64,000 nt of DNA from Chloracidobacterium sp. UBA3360 (GTDB lineage: Bacteria; Acidobacteriota; Blastocatellia; Pyrinomonadales; Pyrinomonadaceae): the NCBI GenBank assembly GCA_002360555.1, contig DEQS01000105.1, positions 172,154-236,153 of the forward strand. The letters run 5' to 3'. The translations under genes and the position numbers were made by a program. The notes beneath the pieces were generated by a model, which did no database searches, was not told the origin of the DNA, and saw only the letters and a list, made by a program, of their open reading frames with translations. This document shows, one piece after another, positions 9,044-16,648 of the stretch; position 1 is the stretch's first letter; each line of letters begins with the position of its first letter.

Positions 9044-9805
9044 ATGAACGCCGCTTTACCGCAGGAAATGCAGCAGCATACGTACGCCATCATGGACGAG
9101 GTCGAGGGCTCGCATTGGTGGTTTGTGGGCCGCCGCGCGATCCTCGAATCTTTTCTAGGTCCGATAGTCGAAAAAATCCGCGATCCGCAATCCGAAATCC
9201 GCATTCTTGACGTTGGCTGCGGAACTGGTGCAAACATCGAGATGCTCTCGCAGTACGGAGATGCGGAGGGTGTTGACGTGTCGGATGATGCACTTGAGTT
9301 TTGCCGCCGCAAAGGATTAAGAGTTCAAAAGGGATTAGCCGAAACGCTGCCGTATGAGGACGAATCATTTGAACTCACGACTGCGCTAGATGTGGTCGAG
9401 CATCTCGACGACGATGTCGCAGGGCTAAAAGAGATGTTTCGCGTGACAAAGAGCGGTGGTTATTCGCTGATCTTTGTCCCGGCGTTTATGTGGTTATGGG
9501 GAGTGCAGGACGACATTTCGAACCATCGTATTCGTTACACGAAACGGCAGATCGTCGAGCGATTAGAGACGGCAGGCTATACGGTCGAACGTGCAACTTA
9601 CGCCAACTGGACATTTTTCGCACCGATCCTCGCCGGACGGACAATCATGAAAATCACCGGCATTAAGCCAGAGTCCGAAAACAATATTACGGTATCTGGC
9701 CTGAATGGCATTTTCGGCAAGCTGTTCGGCTCTGAGCGATTTTGGCTGAAGCATCTTAATTTTCCGCTCGGCGTGTCGATCGTCGTCGTCGCACGTAAGA
9801 ATTAG
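9044..9805 (+). CDS. Class I SAM-dependent methyltransferase
   Basis: 253 aa. Motif I ILDVGCGTGAN, an acidic post-I residue, and motif II/III spacing typical of Methyltransf_11/23. Confidence 0.8.
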   Translation: MNAALPQEMQQHTYAIMDEVEGSHWWFVGRRAILESFLGPIVEKIRDPQSEIRILDVGCGTGANIEMLSQYGDAEGVDVSDDALEFCRRKGLRVQKGLAETLPYEDESFELTTALDVVEHLDDDVAGLKEMFRVTKSGGYSLIFVPAFMWLWGVQDDISNHRIRYTKRQIVERLETAGYTVERATYANWTFFAPILAGRTIMKITGIKPESENNITVSGLNGIFGKLFGSERFWLKHLNFPLGVSIVVVARKN

Positions 9806-9862
9806 CCCACGAAACACGCTAAAAACACGAAAAACAGAATTCGCTTTCGTGTGTTTCGTGGG
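9806..9862 (+). terminator. Two-tier hairpin after the methyltransferase gene
   Basis: cccacgaaacac (9806-9817) pairs with gtgtttcgtggg (9851-9862). There is an inner acacgaaa/tttcgtgt pairing. No clear T-tract. Confidence 0.5.
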
Positions 9863-9879
9863 CAGAATAGATTTTAGTA

Positions 9880-10839
9880 ATGGCTCAAGAAACTAACAAC
9901 CCCGAATTATCCCTTTTCCTACCGGTTTTGGACGAGGAGGAGAACCTGCGGCCGATGCACGCAAAGATCGCGGCGGCGCTCGATGCGCTTGGCAAAACGG
10001 CCGAGGTCATCTATGTCGATGATGGTTCGACTGATAAGAGTTTGGAGATATTAAAAGAGATCGCCGCATCCGACGAACGCGTTCGTGTGGTCTCGCTTCG
10101 GCGTAATTACGGCCAGACGGCGGCGATGTCGGCGGGTATCGACGCCGCAAAAGGCGACATTCTGATACCGATGGACGCCGATCTGCAAAATGACCCGGCT
10201 GATATTTCGCGGCTGCTCGACAAACTTAACGAGGGCTACGATGTCGTCTCAGGCTGGCGTAAAAACCGCCAGGACAAGCTTATCTCACGCAAAATACCGT
10301 CGCAGATCGCCAATCGCATCATCTCGTGGATCGGCGGTGTGCCGCTACATGATTACGGCTGTTCGCTCAAAGCGTATCGCCGTGACGTGATCCAGGACGT
10401 AAAGCTCTACGGCGAGATGCATCGTTTTATCCCGATCTACGCAAGCTGGGCGGGTGCCCGCGTTGCCGAGATACCGGTCGATCACCACGCCCGCACGATG
10501 GGCAAATCAAAATACGGCATCTCGCGCACGATAAAGGTCGTTTTCGATCTGATGACGATCAAATTTATGGCGTCGTATCAGACTAAGCCGATCTATGTTT
10601 TCGGTATGTTTGGCATGCTCGCGTTTTTGCTGTCAGTCATCTCCGGCATCTGGGCGATCGTGCTGAAATTTTACGGCGTCTCCTTTATCCAAACGCCTTT
10701 ACCTGTAGTGACGGTCGTGATGCTCGCGATCTCGGTCCAGTTTTTCCTGATGGGCCTCCTCGCCGAGCTCTCGGTCCGCACCTATCACGAGTCACAGGAC
10801 AAGGCCATCTATGCTGTTCGCGAGAGAATAGGATTCTAA
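9880..10839 (+). CDS. Family 2 glycosyltransferase, polyprenyl-phosphate sugar synthase type (ArnC/GtrB/DPM1-like)
   Basis: 319 aa. It has LSLFLPVLDEEENL, YVDDGSTD, the DAD of PMDADLQ, and two C-terminal transmembrane helices as in GtrB/ArnC. Confidence 0.82.
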   Translation: MAQETNNPELSLFLPVLDEEENLRPMHAKIAAALDALGKTAEVIYVDDGSTDKSLEILKEIAASDERVRVVSLRRNYGQTAAMSAGIDAAKGDILIPMDADLQNDPADISRLLDKLNEGYDVVSGWRKNRQDKLISRKIPSQIANRIISWIGGVPLHDYGCSLKAYRRDVIQDVKLYGEMHRFIPIYASWAGARVAEIPVDHHARTMGKSKYGISRTIKVVFDLMTIKFMASYQTKPIYVFGMFGMLAFLLSVISGIWAIVLKFYGVSFIQTPLPVVTVVMLAISVQFFLMGLLAELSVRTYHESQDKAIYAVRERIGF

Positions 10840-10842
10840 TCA

Positions 10843-12741
10843 ATGTGCGGCATTGCCGGTTGGATAAACCTCAAACAAACCAAAGAAAACCATACCGAAT
10901 CGGTTTTGCATTCGATGTGCGAACGGATCGTGCATCGCGGGCCAAATTCCGAAGGTCTGTGGCTCGACGATACGGTCGCACTTGGGATGAGGCGACTGTC
11001 GATCATCGATCTGCACACCGGCGATCAGCCTGTTTTTAATTGCGACAAAAGCGTCATTGTTATGATGAACGGCGAGCTGTATAACTATCGCGAGGTTCGC
11101 GATGAGCTCGAAAAGAAGGGCCACAAATTTGTAACTAAGTCTGACACCGAGATACTGCCGCACCTTTACGAAGAGTACGGCGAAGACCTAGTTGACCATC
11201 TCAACGGTATGTATGCGTTCTCCCTCTGGGATACGCGCAAGAAAAAACTGATCATCGCCCGTGACCGTTTTGGCGAAAAGCCGCTGTATTACGGCGTTTT
11301 TGACGGCAAGCTGATCTACGCGTCCGAACCAAAAGCGATGCTCGCCCATCCCTCGGTCAACATCGAACTCGACAAGGGCGCCCTGCGGCATTACCTCTCA
11401 TACGACTACGTTCCGGCTCCGATGTCGATCTATAAAGGCATCTCAAAGCTGCCGGCGGCTCACATGTTGACCGTCGAGAACGGTGAGGTCAGGACGCGGC
11501 GGTACTGGAATATGAACTGGGAGCCGACGCAGACTGGTTCGATAGACGACAAGGCGTGCGAACTCCGAGACCTGCTCTCCGATGCTGTTCGGATGCGGCT
11601 CGTGTCTGATGTACCGCTTGGGATATTGTTGTCAGGTGGTATCGATTCATCGACCGTTGCGGCGTTTGCCACGCAGCACGCAACTGAACGTGTAAAGACA
11701 TTTTCGATCGGTTTTGAAGAGGATTCGTTTGATGAATCCAAATATGCTCGTCAGGTCGCAAAGCATCTGGACACAGAGCATTACGAGGAAAAACTATCTG
11801 CCACGACCGCCGGGGACCTGATCTCTGATATCGGCACTTGGCTCGACGAACCTCTCTCGGACGGCTCTTTGATACCGACATTTCTGCTTGCTCAGTTTGT
11901 GCGAAAGCACGTTACGGTCGCTCTCGGCGGCGATGGCGGCGACGAGCTTTTTGCGGGTTATCCGATGTATTATGCCCACATGGTCGCGGCAAAATACACG
12001 CGCGTTCCGTCGCTCATTCGCAAAGGGCTGATCGAGCCTGTCGTCAAACGTTTGCCCGTTTCGACAAAAAATATGTCGTTCGATTACAAAGCCAAACGCT
12101 TTGTCCGTGGAGCCACTCTCGACACGGTCGAGCGTCATCATTCGTGGTTTGGTTCGTTTAGCCGCGAAGAGCAGAACCAACTGCTAACGCCTAAGATACT
12201 TTCGGCAAGCGACGGCGATATCTATCGTGGGCCGCGAGAACTGCTGGCACTCTGCGACGCCACTACCGAGATCGAGCAGATGCAGTTCCTCGACATCAAT
12301 TACTACATGGCCGAGGACATTTTGACAAAGGTCGATCGTGCGGCGATGGCCGTCAGTCTTGAGACTCGTGCCCCGTTCCTCGATCCGCGCGTCGGCCGAT
12401 TTGCCGCCTCGCTACCGCTTGCATACAAGCTCAGCGGAAAAAGCGGAAAGCACATTCTAAAAAAAGCGATGGCCGATCTGCTCCCGGCAAATATTCTGCA
12501 CCGCCCGAAAAAAGGCTTTGGCATCCCGATCGCCGAGTGGCTAAAAGGACGGCTCAATCCGCTGATGCATGATCTGCTTTCCCCCGCGAAGTTAAAAGAC
12601 CAAGGCCTACTCAATGCGGAATACGTCCAAAAACTAATTACCGAGCACGAACGCGGCACGGCCAGTCATCACAAACAGCTCTGGACTCTGTTGGTTTTCC
12701 AGCTTTGGTATGACAACTTCCTGTCAGTAGCCCGCACGTGA
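10843..12741 (+). CDS. asnB: Asparagine synthase (glutamine-hydrolysing)
   Basis: 632 aa. N-terminal nucleophile MCGIAG and the PP-loop SGGIDSS. Confidence 0.92.
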   Translation: MCGIAGWINLKQTKENHTESVLHSMCERIVHRGPNSEGLWLDDTVALGMRRLSIIDLHTGDQPVFNCDKSVIVMMNGELYNYREVRDELEKKGHKFVTKSDTEILPHLYEEYGEDLVDHLNGMYAFSLWDTRKKKLIIARDRFGEKPLYYGVFDGKLIYASEPKAMLAHPSVNIELDKGALRHYLSYDYVPAPMSIYKGISKLPAAHMLTVENGEVRTRRYWNMNWEPTQTGSIDDKACELRDLLSDAVRMRLVSDVPLGILLSGGIDSSTVAAFATQHATERVKTFSIGFEEDSFDESKYARQVAKHLDTEHYEEKLSATTAGDLISDIGTWLDEPLSDGSLIPTFLLAQFVRKHVTVALGGDGGDELFAGYPMYYAHMVAAKYTRVPSLIRKGLIEPVVKRLPVSTKNMSFDYKAKRFVRGATLDTVERHHSWFGSFSREEQNQLLTPKILSASDGDIYRGPRELLALCDATTEIEQMQFLDINYYMAEDILTKVDRAAMAVSLETRAPFLDPRVGRFAASLPLAYKLSGKSGKHILKKAMADLLPANILHRPKKGFGIPIAEWLKGRLNPLMHDLLSPAKLKDQGLLNAEYVQKLITEHERGTASHHKQLWTLLVFQLWYDNFLSVART

Positions 12742-12780
12742 GTAAGGGCAATTTTAGTCGAATTGCCCTTACTCACGTGC
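12734..12780 (+). terminator. Perfect 20-bp hairpin embedding the asnB stop codon
   Basis: gcacgtgagtaagggcaatt (12734-12753), a 7-nt loop, then aattgcccttactcacgtgc (12761-12780). The TGA at 12739-12741 is inside the 5' arm. No downstream T-tract. Confidence 0.5.
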
Positions 12781-12837
12781 AGGCTACTGACGCTTACAGA
12801 CTTCTGCTTACGAAAGCATTCAGTTATCATTTCGAAT

Positions 12838-13788
12838 ATGGCATCACTTTATCCTGAGATCGAACCTTTTGACAGCGGCATGCTGCCCGTGTCTGACATT
12901 CACACTATCTATTACGAACGTGCGGGTAACCCCGATGGCATTCCCGTTGTGTTTTTGCATGGTGGCCCGGGCGGCGGGCTGATACCGATGTACCGGCAAT
13001 ATTTCGACCCTGCGGTTTATCAGATCGTGTTGTTTGACCAACGCGGATCTGGCGATTCGACGCCGCACGCGGAGCTTCGGGAAAATACGACGTGGGATCT
13101 GATCGCGGATATCGAAAAGCTGCGGGAAAAGTTCGGTGTTGATAAATGGTTCGTTTTCGGTGGCTCTTGGGGCAGCACGCTGAGTCTTGCATATGCGGTC
13201 ACGCACCCGGACCGATGTCTGGGTCTTATCCTACGCGGTATTTTCCTGACGCGGCGAAAGGAGCTCGAGTGGTTTTATCAATACGGTGCGTCTGAGATCT
13301 TTCCCGATTTTTGGGAACGCTATCGCGACGAGATACCTGAGGGCGAACGCGGTGATTTTATCGCTGCCTATCACAAACGCCTGACGAGCGATGACGAGCA
13401 GGTTCGCCTGTCAGCGGCACGGGCGTGGAGCGTGTGGGAAGGCTCGACCTCAAAACTGTACCCGAGCGAAGACCTGATGAATCACTGGGAAGGTGCGCAC
13501 GAGGCTCTGAGCCTTGCACGCATCGAGTGTCATTATTTTATGAACAACTCGTTTTTCCCGACCGAAAATTATCTGCTCGAAAACGTGGACAAGATCCGCC
13601 ACATTCCGACGGTAATAGTACAAGGACGCTATGACGTCGTATGTCCGATAACCTCGGCTTGGGATCTGCACAAAGCTCTACCCGAGGCCGAATTTATCGT
13701 CGTGCCCGACGCCGGACATTCGGTTTCCGAGCCCGGCATTACCTCGGCTCTGGTCGAGGCGATGGACAGATTTCGTCCGTATGTTTGA
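12838..13788 (+). CDS. pip: Prolyl aminopeptidase (proline iminopeptidase)
   Basis: I moved the start to MASLYPEIEPF (ATG 12838), the canonical Pip N-terminus. HGGPGGG and the nucleophile elbow GGSWGSTL are present, with C-terminal DAGHS. Confidence 0.9.
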   Translation: MASLYPEIEPFDSGMLPVSDIHTIYYERAGNPDGIPVVFLHGGPGGGLIPMYRQYFDPAVYQIVLFDQRGSGDSTPHAELRENTTWDLIADIEKLREKFGVDKWFVFGGSWGSTLSLAYAVTHPDRCLGLILRGIFLTRRKELEWFYQYGASEIFPDFWERYRDEIPEGERGDFIAAYHKRLTSDDEQVRLSAARAWSVWEGSTSKLYPSEDLMNHWEGAHEALSLARIECHYFMNNSFFPTENYLLENVDKIRHIPTVIVQGRYDVVCPITSAWDLHKALPEAEFIVVPDAGHSVSEPGITSALVEAMDRFRPYV

Positions 13789-13888
13789 AATATTTTGTGT
13801 ATCTTGACGTAAATAGCGGTATTATTGGATTACTATATGTTGAGATGGCCATTATGCATCGGCGATCTTATTGTTGAGGAATAATAAT

Positions 13889-14152
13889 ATGGGAAGTTTT
13901 GGAACAACAGAAATTTTACTAGTCGTCGCAGTGCTTTTCCTGCTATTTGGTGCGACCAAATTACCGCAGCTCGCAAAATCACTGGGGGCAACCAAGAAAG
14001 CGTTCAAGGAAGGAATGCGCGAAGCTGAAGAAGAAGAAAAAGCCGAGGCTCAAAAGCTTGAGTCAAAAGCCGACACGCCACAGATCACGAACATGAGCGA
14101 CGAAGCCCTGATGGAAGAAATGCGTCGCCGTGCTGAAGCAAAGCAGGCCTAA
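13889..14152 (+). CDS. tatA: Twin-arginine translocase subunit TatA/E
   Basis: I moved the start to MGSFGTTEILLVVAVLFLLFGATKLPQLAKSLG, the canonical TatA TM plus amphipathic helix. An acidic/Lys tail follows. Confidence 0.9.
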   Translation: MGSFGTTEILLVVAVLFLLFGATKLPQLAKSLGATKKAFKEGMREAEEEEKAEAQKLESKADTPQITNMSDEALMEEMRRRAEAKQA

Positions 14153-14156
14153 ACGC

Positions 14157-14951
14157 TTACTCTTTCTCACCCGTCAGCAGCGTAGCCTTTACCGTAAACC
14201 TAAAGCTGAGCGATTCACCCTCGGCGTCTATTAATTGAGCGAGTTTTTCCGTAACTCGCTCCTTTTCGTCCTCGTCAAGCATTTCGAGCCATGTCGGTAG
14301 CAGAAAATCGGCGACGAGCGGCGAGGCTATAAATTCTGCCCCGTTCTCATATTCAAAGGCCTCTAACTCAGTTTTTGTCTGAACATTTACCAGCCCGGTC
14401 TGCTTGGCGATCTCCTCGACCCGCGAGACGGTCGGCTGATCGCTGATAAGCTTTTCCGCCGCCGCACCGTGTTCGCCAAGCCCCTCGGTAAATAGCACTT
14501 CCCACAGGATCGACGCTACCTCGCCAAAGCTACCGGCCGTCGGCAAAAAAACAGCGACCTCGCCGCCCGTGCGAGCGACACGCGTTGCGTCTGCGATAAA
14601 ATCTTCAACTTCCAACGGCCTGACAAATGTCCCGTCTGCCAGCACCGTATCAAACGCATCACTCTCAAAACGAAGCATCGAAAAATCGACATTCGAGCTA
14701 AGAGCCGCCGCTTTATCCAGAGCTATATTTAGCACATCCTCATTTTCAGCGGTCGCAAAAATATCGGTTTTCGTGCCAAATTTCTCATCTATTGCGAATG
14801 CGTGACTGCCCGTTCCGGCATTAAGGTAGAGCAGATTGTCAGAGTCGCTCAGGTCGAGATGCTTGTCCACGAGATCGGCAAAACGCTGTGTCCACTCGCC
14901 CGCGACCGACAGGTCGAGCAAAAACGCGAGTTCTTTTTGGGTCTTAGTCAT
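14157..14951 (-). CDS. Methyltransferase-fold-like protein with degenerate SAM motif
   Basis: 264 aa. LYLNAGTGSHA sits at the position of motif I, with an acidic residue after beta-2. The assignment is weak. Confidence 0.45.
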   Translation of the reverse strand: MTKTQKELAFLLDLSVAGEWTQRFADLVDKHLDLSDSDNLLYLNAGTGSHAFAIDEKFGTKTDIFATAENEDVLNIALDKAAALSSNVDFSMLRFESDAFDTVLADGTFVRPLEVEDFIADATRVARTGGEVAVFLPTAGSFGEVASILWEVLFTEGLGEHGAAAEKLISDQPTVSRVEEIAKQTGLVNVQTKTELEAFEYENGAEFIASPLVADFLLPTWLEMLDEDEKERVTEKLAQLIDAEGESLSFRFTVKATLLTGEKE

Positions 14952-14959
14952 ACATTAAT

Positions 14960-15049
14960 CGTAAATAGTAAATGGTGAATAGTAAATCGTGAATTGTAAT
15001 GAAGTTACGTGCGCGATTTACTATTTACGATTCACCATTTACTATTCAC
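14960..15049. repeat. AT-rich stuttered inverted repeat in a divergent promoter region
   Basis: cgtaaatagtaaatggtgaatagtaaatcg (14960-14989) faces cgatttactatttacgattcaccatttactattcac (15014-15049). The shared core is aatagtaaatggtgaat / attcaccatttactatt. Confidence 0.65.
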
Positions 15050-15058
15050 TAATCAATT

Positions 15059-15832
15059 ATGTCAAAACACGTAAAAGAACTATTTGACCTGACGGGCAAG
15101 ACCGCCATCGTCACCGGCGGTTCACGCGGGATCGGCAAAGAAATGGCCGAGGCTCTGGCCGAAGCCGGTGCCAACCTAATGCTCTGTGCCCGCCGACGCG
15201 AATGGCTGGACGAGACGATTGCGGATTTTGGAACACGGGGTTTTACGGCTGCCGGCAAAGTTTGCGATGTAGCCAAGCCTGACGAAGTTCAGGCCGTTGT
15301 CGACTCGACGGTAAAGCGTTTTGGCTCGGTCGATATCCTCGTCAACAACGCTGGCATCTCTTGGGGAGCGATGCCTGAGGATATGCCGCTCGATCAGTGG
15401 CAAAAGGTTATTGATGTTAATCTGACTGGCTGTTTTCTATTCGCCCAAGCCGCGGGCCGCGAAATGCTCAAGCAAAAGAGCGGGTCGATCATTAATATCG
15501 CATCGATCGCCGGACTCACCTCGTCGGCAAACGGCCCTTTTTACGCGGGATATGTCGCTAGCAAGGCGGGCCTTATCGGCCTGACACGCGAACTTGCCGC
15601 GAGCTGGGGACGCAAGGGCATCCGCGTCAACGCCATCGCCCCGGGCTTTTTTCATTCGCGGCTGGCTGATGCTGTGATCGATATTTACGAACGCTCGATA
15701 CAGGAAAATAACGTCATCCCGCGCGTCGGCGATGAGGGCGAGTTAAAAGGTGTGACGGTATTTTTGGCGTCCGATGCCTCGAGCTACATCACCGGCCAGA
15801 CGATCGCAGTTGATGGCGGCATGACGGTCTAG
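15059..15832 (+). CDS. Short-chain dehydrogenase/reductase (gluconate-5-dehydrogenase/FabG-like)
   Basis: 257 aa. TGGSRGIG cofactor motif, NNAG, and catalytic YVASK (YxxxK). Confidence 0.88.
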   Translation: MSKHVKELFDLTGKTAIVTGGSRGIGKEMAEALAEAGANLMLCARRREWLDETIADFGTRGFTAAGKVCDVAKPDEVQAVVDSTVKRFGSVDILVNNAGISWGAMPEDMPLDQWQKVIDVNLTGCFLFAQAAGREMLKQKSGSIINIASIAGLTSSANGPFYAGYVASKAGLIGLTRELAASWGRKGIRVNAIAPGFFHSRLADAVIDIYERSIQENNVIPRVGDEGELKGVTVFLASDASSYITGQTIAVDGGMTV

Positions 15833-15887
15833 ACCTTTGGTCCGGTCCGGACCACATGGACCAAGGTGGACCAAGGTGGACCAAGGC
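15832..15887. repeat. Dispersed repeat, copy A (gacctttggtccggtccggacca + 3 x ggaccaaggt)
   Basis: The 23-nt head gacctttggtccggtccggacca is identical to 43969-43991. A 10-nt unit in tandem follows. The head contains the near-palindrome ggtccgg/ccggacc. Confidence 0.8.
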
Positions 15888-15892
15888 CGAGG

Positions 15893-16609
15893 TTATTTCA
15901 CAAACTGAAATTCACCAAACGCTTTTGGCACATGGTAGGCGGGCTCTTTTGTCCTTGTTGGCTGCCACGCAAGATAGCCGCGTGTAGGATCGGTACCAAC
16001 GCAGCGAAACAGATTACCGAGCCATACATCGCCGGCCTTTGGCGCTTTGCCTAGTGAGGCAAACGGTATCTTGATCGCCATTACTACCTTGTCTGTATCG
16101 ATACGGACGGACGATGTCATATTCGACTTGTAATCCCAATCGGTCAAACGTGCTTTCGGCGTGACCTCGATACCTAGGTCGATCCACTCGCCTGTTGGTG
16201 CTATCTCAAACTCAAAATACTTATTGCGGTTTTTCTTGTCTGGAGCGATAAATATTTCGCACACATCGCGGTCCCACAGCCCGCGTATCTTTTTTGTCAG
16301 ATTGGGCTTTTCGCTGACGATCAGCGGCTCATTTTGGGCCGCCTCAAAACGGACATACAACGCTGTGTCTGACCACAGCAGCCGCGCCTTAAATTGCCGC
16401 GTCGCGGGAGCCGCCACGCCCGACCAGTATTTTGTGACCGAGACATCCGTAGCCTTGTCCCAAATGGCGGAGTTTAGCTCACCGATCGCGAATTCGTCAG
16501 AGATGTGAACGACCGAAAGCCGTTTTGAGTTAGACATTTTGTTGTGAGCGAGTGTAGGAAAGACGCCGAGGAAAAGCAACGTGACAAGGGCTATTGAGGC
16601 TCGTTTCAT
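15893..16609 (-). CDS. Secreted carbohydrate-binding family 9 (CBM9/DOMON-like) domain protein
   Basis: 238 aa with a signal peptide. The AIWDKA...ARLLWSDTALYVRFEA...WDRDVCEIFIAPD pattern is typical of CBM9-like domains. Confidence 0.6.
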   Translation of the reverse strand: MKRASIALVTLLFLGVFPTLAHNKMSNSKRLSVVHISDEFAIGELNSAIWDKATDVSVTKYWSGVAAPATRQFKARLLWSDTALYVRFEAAQNEPLIVSEKPNLTKKIRGLWDRDVCEIFIAPDKKNRNKYFEFEIAPTGEWIDLGIEVTPKARLTDWDYKSNMTSSVRIDTDKVVMAIKIPFASLGKAPKAGDVWLGNLFRCVGTDPTRGYLAWQPTRTKEPAYHVPKAFGEFQFVK

Positions 16610-16648
16610 GATGAAACGATTTAACCCGAAACGCGGCTTATTGACAAG

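Noticed and set aside
15851-15887. CRISPR-like array (regular ggaccaaggt units).
   Set aside because: The units are 10 nt, directly abutting with no spacers, and there are only three copies. No cas genes are in the window. It is a microsatellite-like tail of a dispersed repeat.
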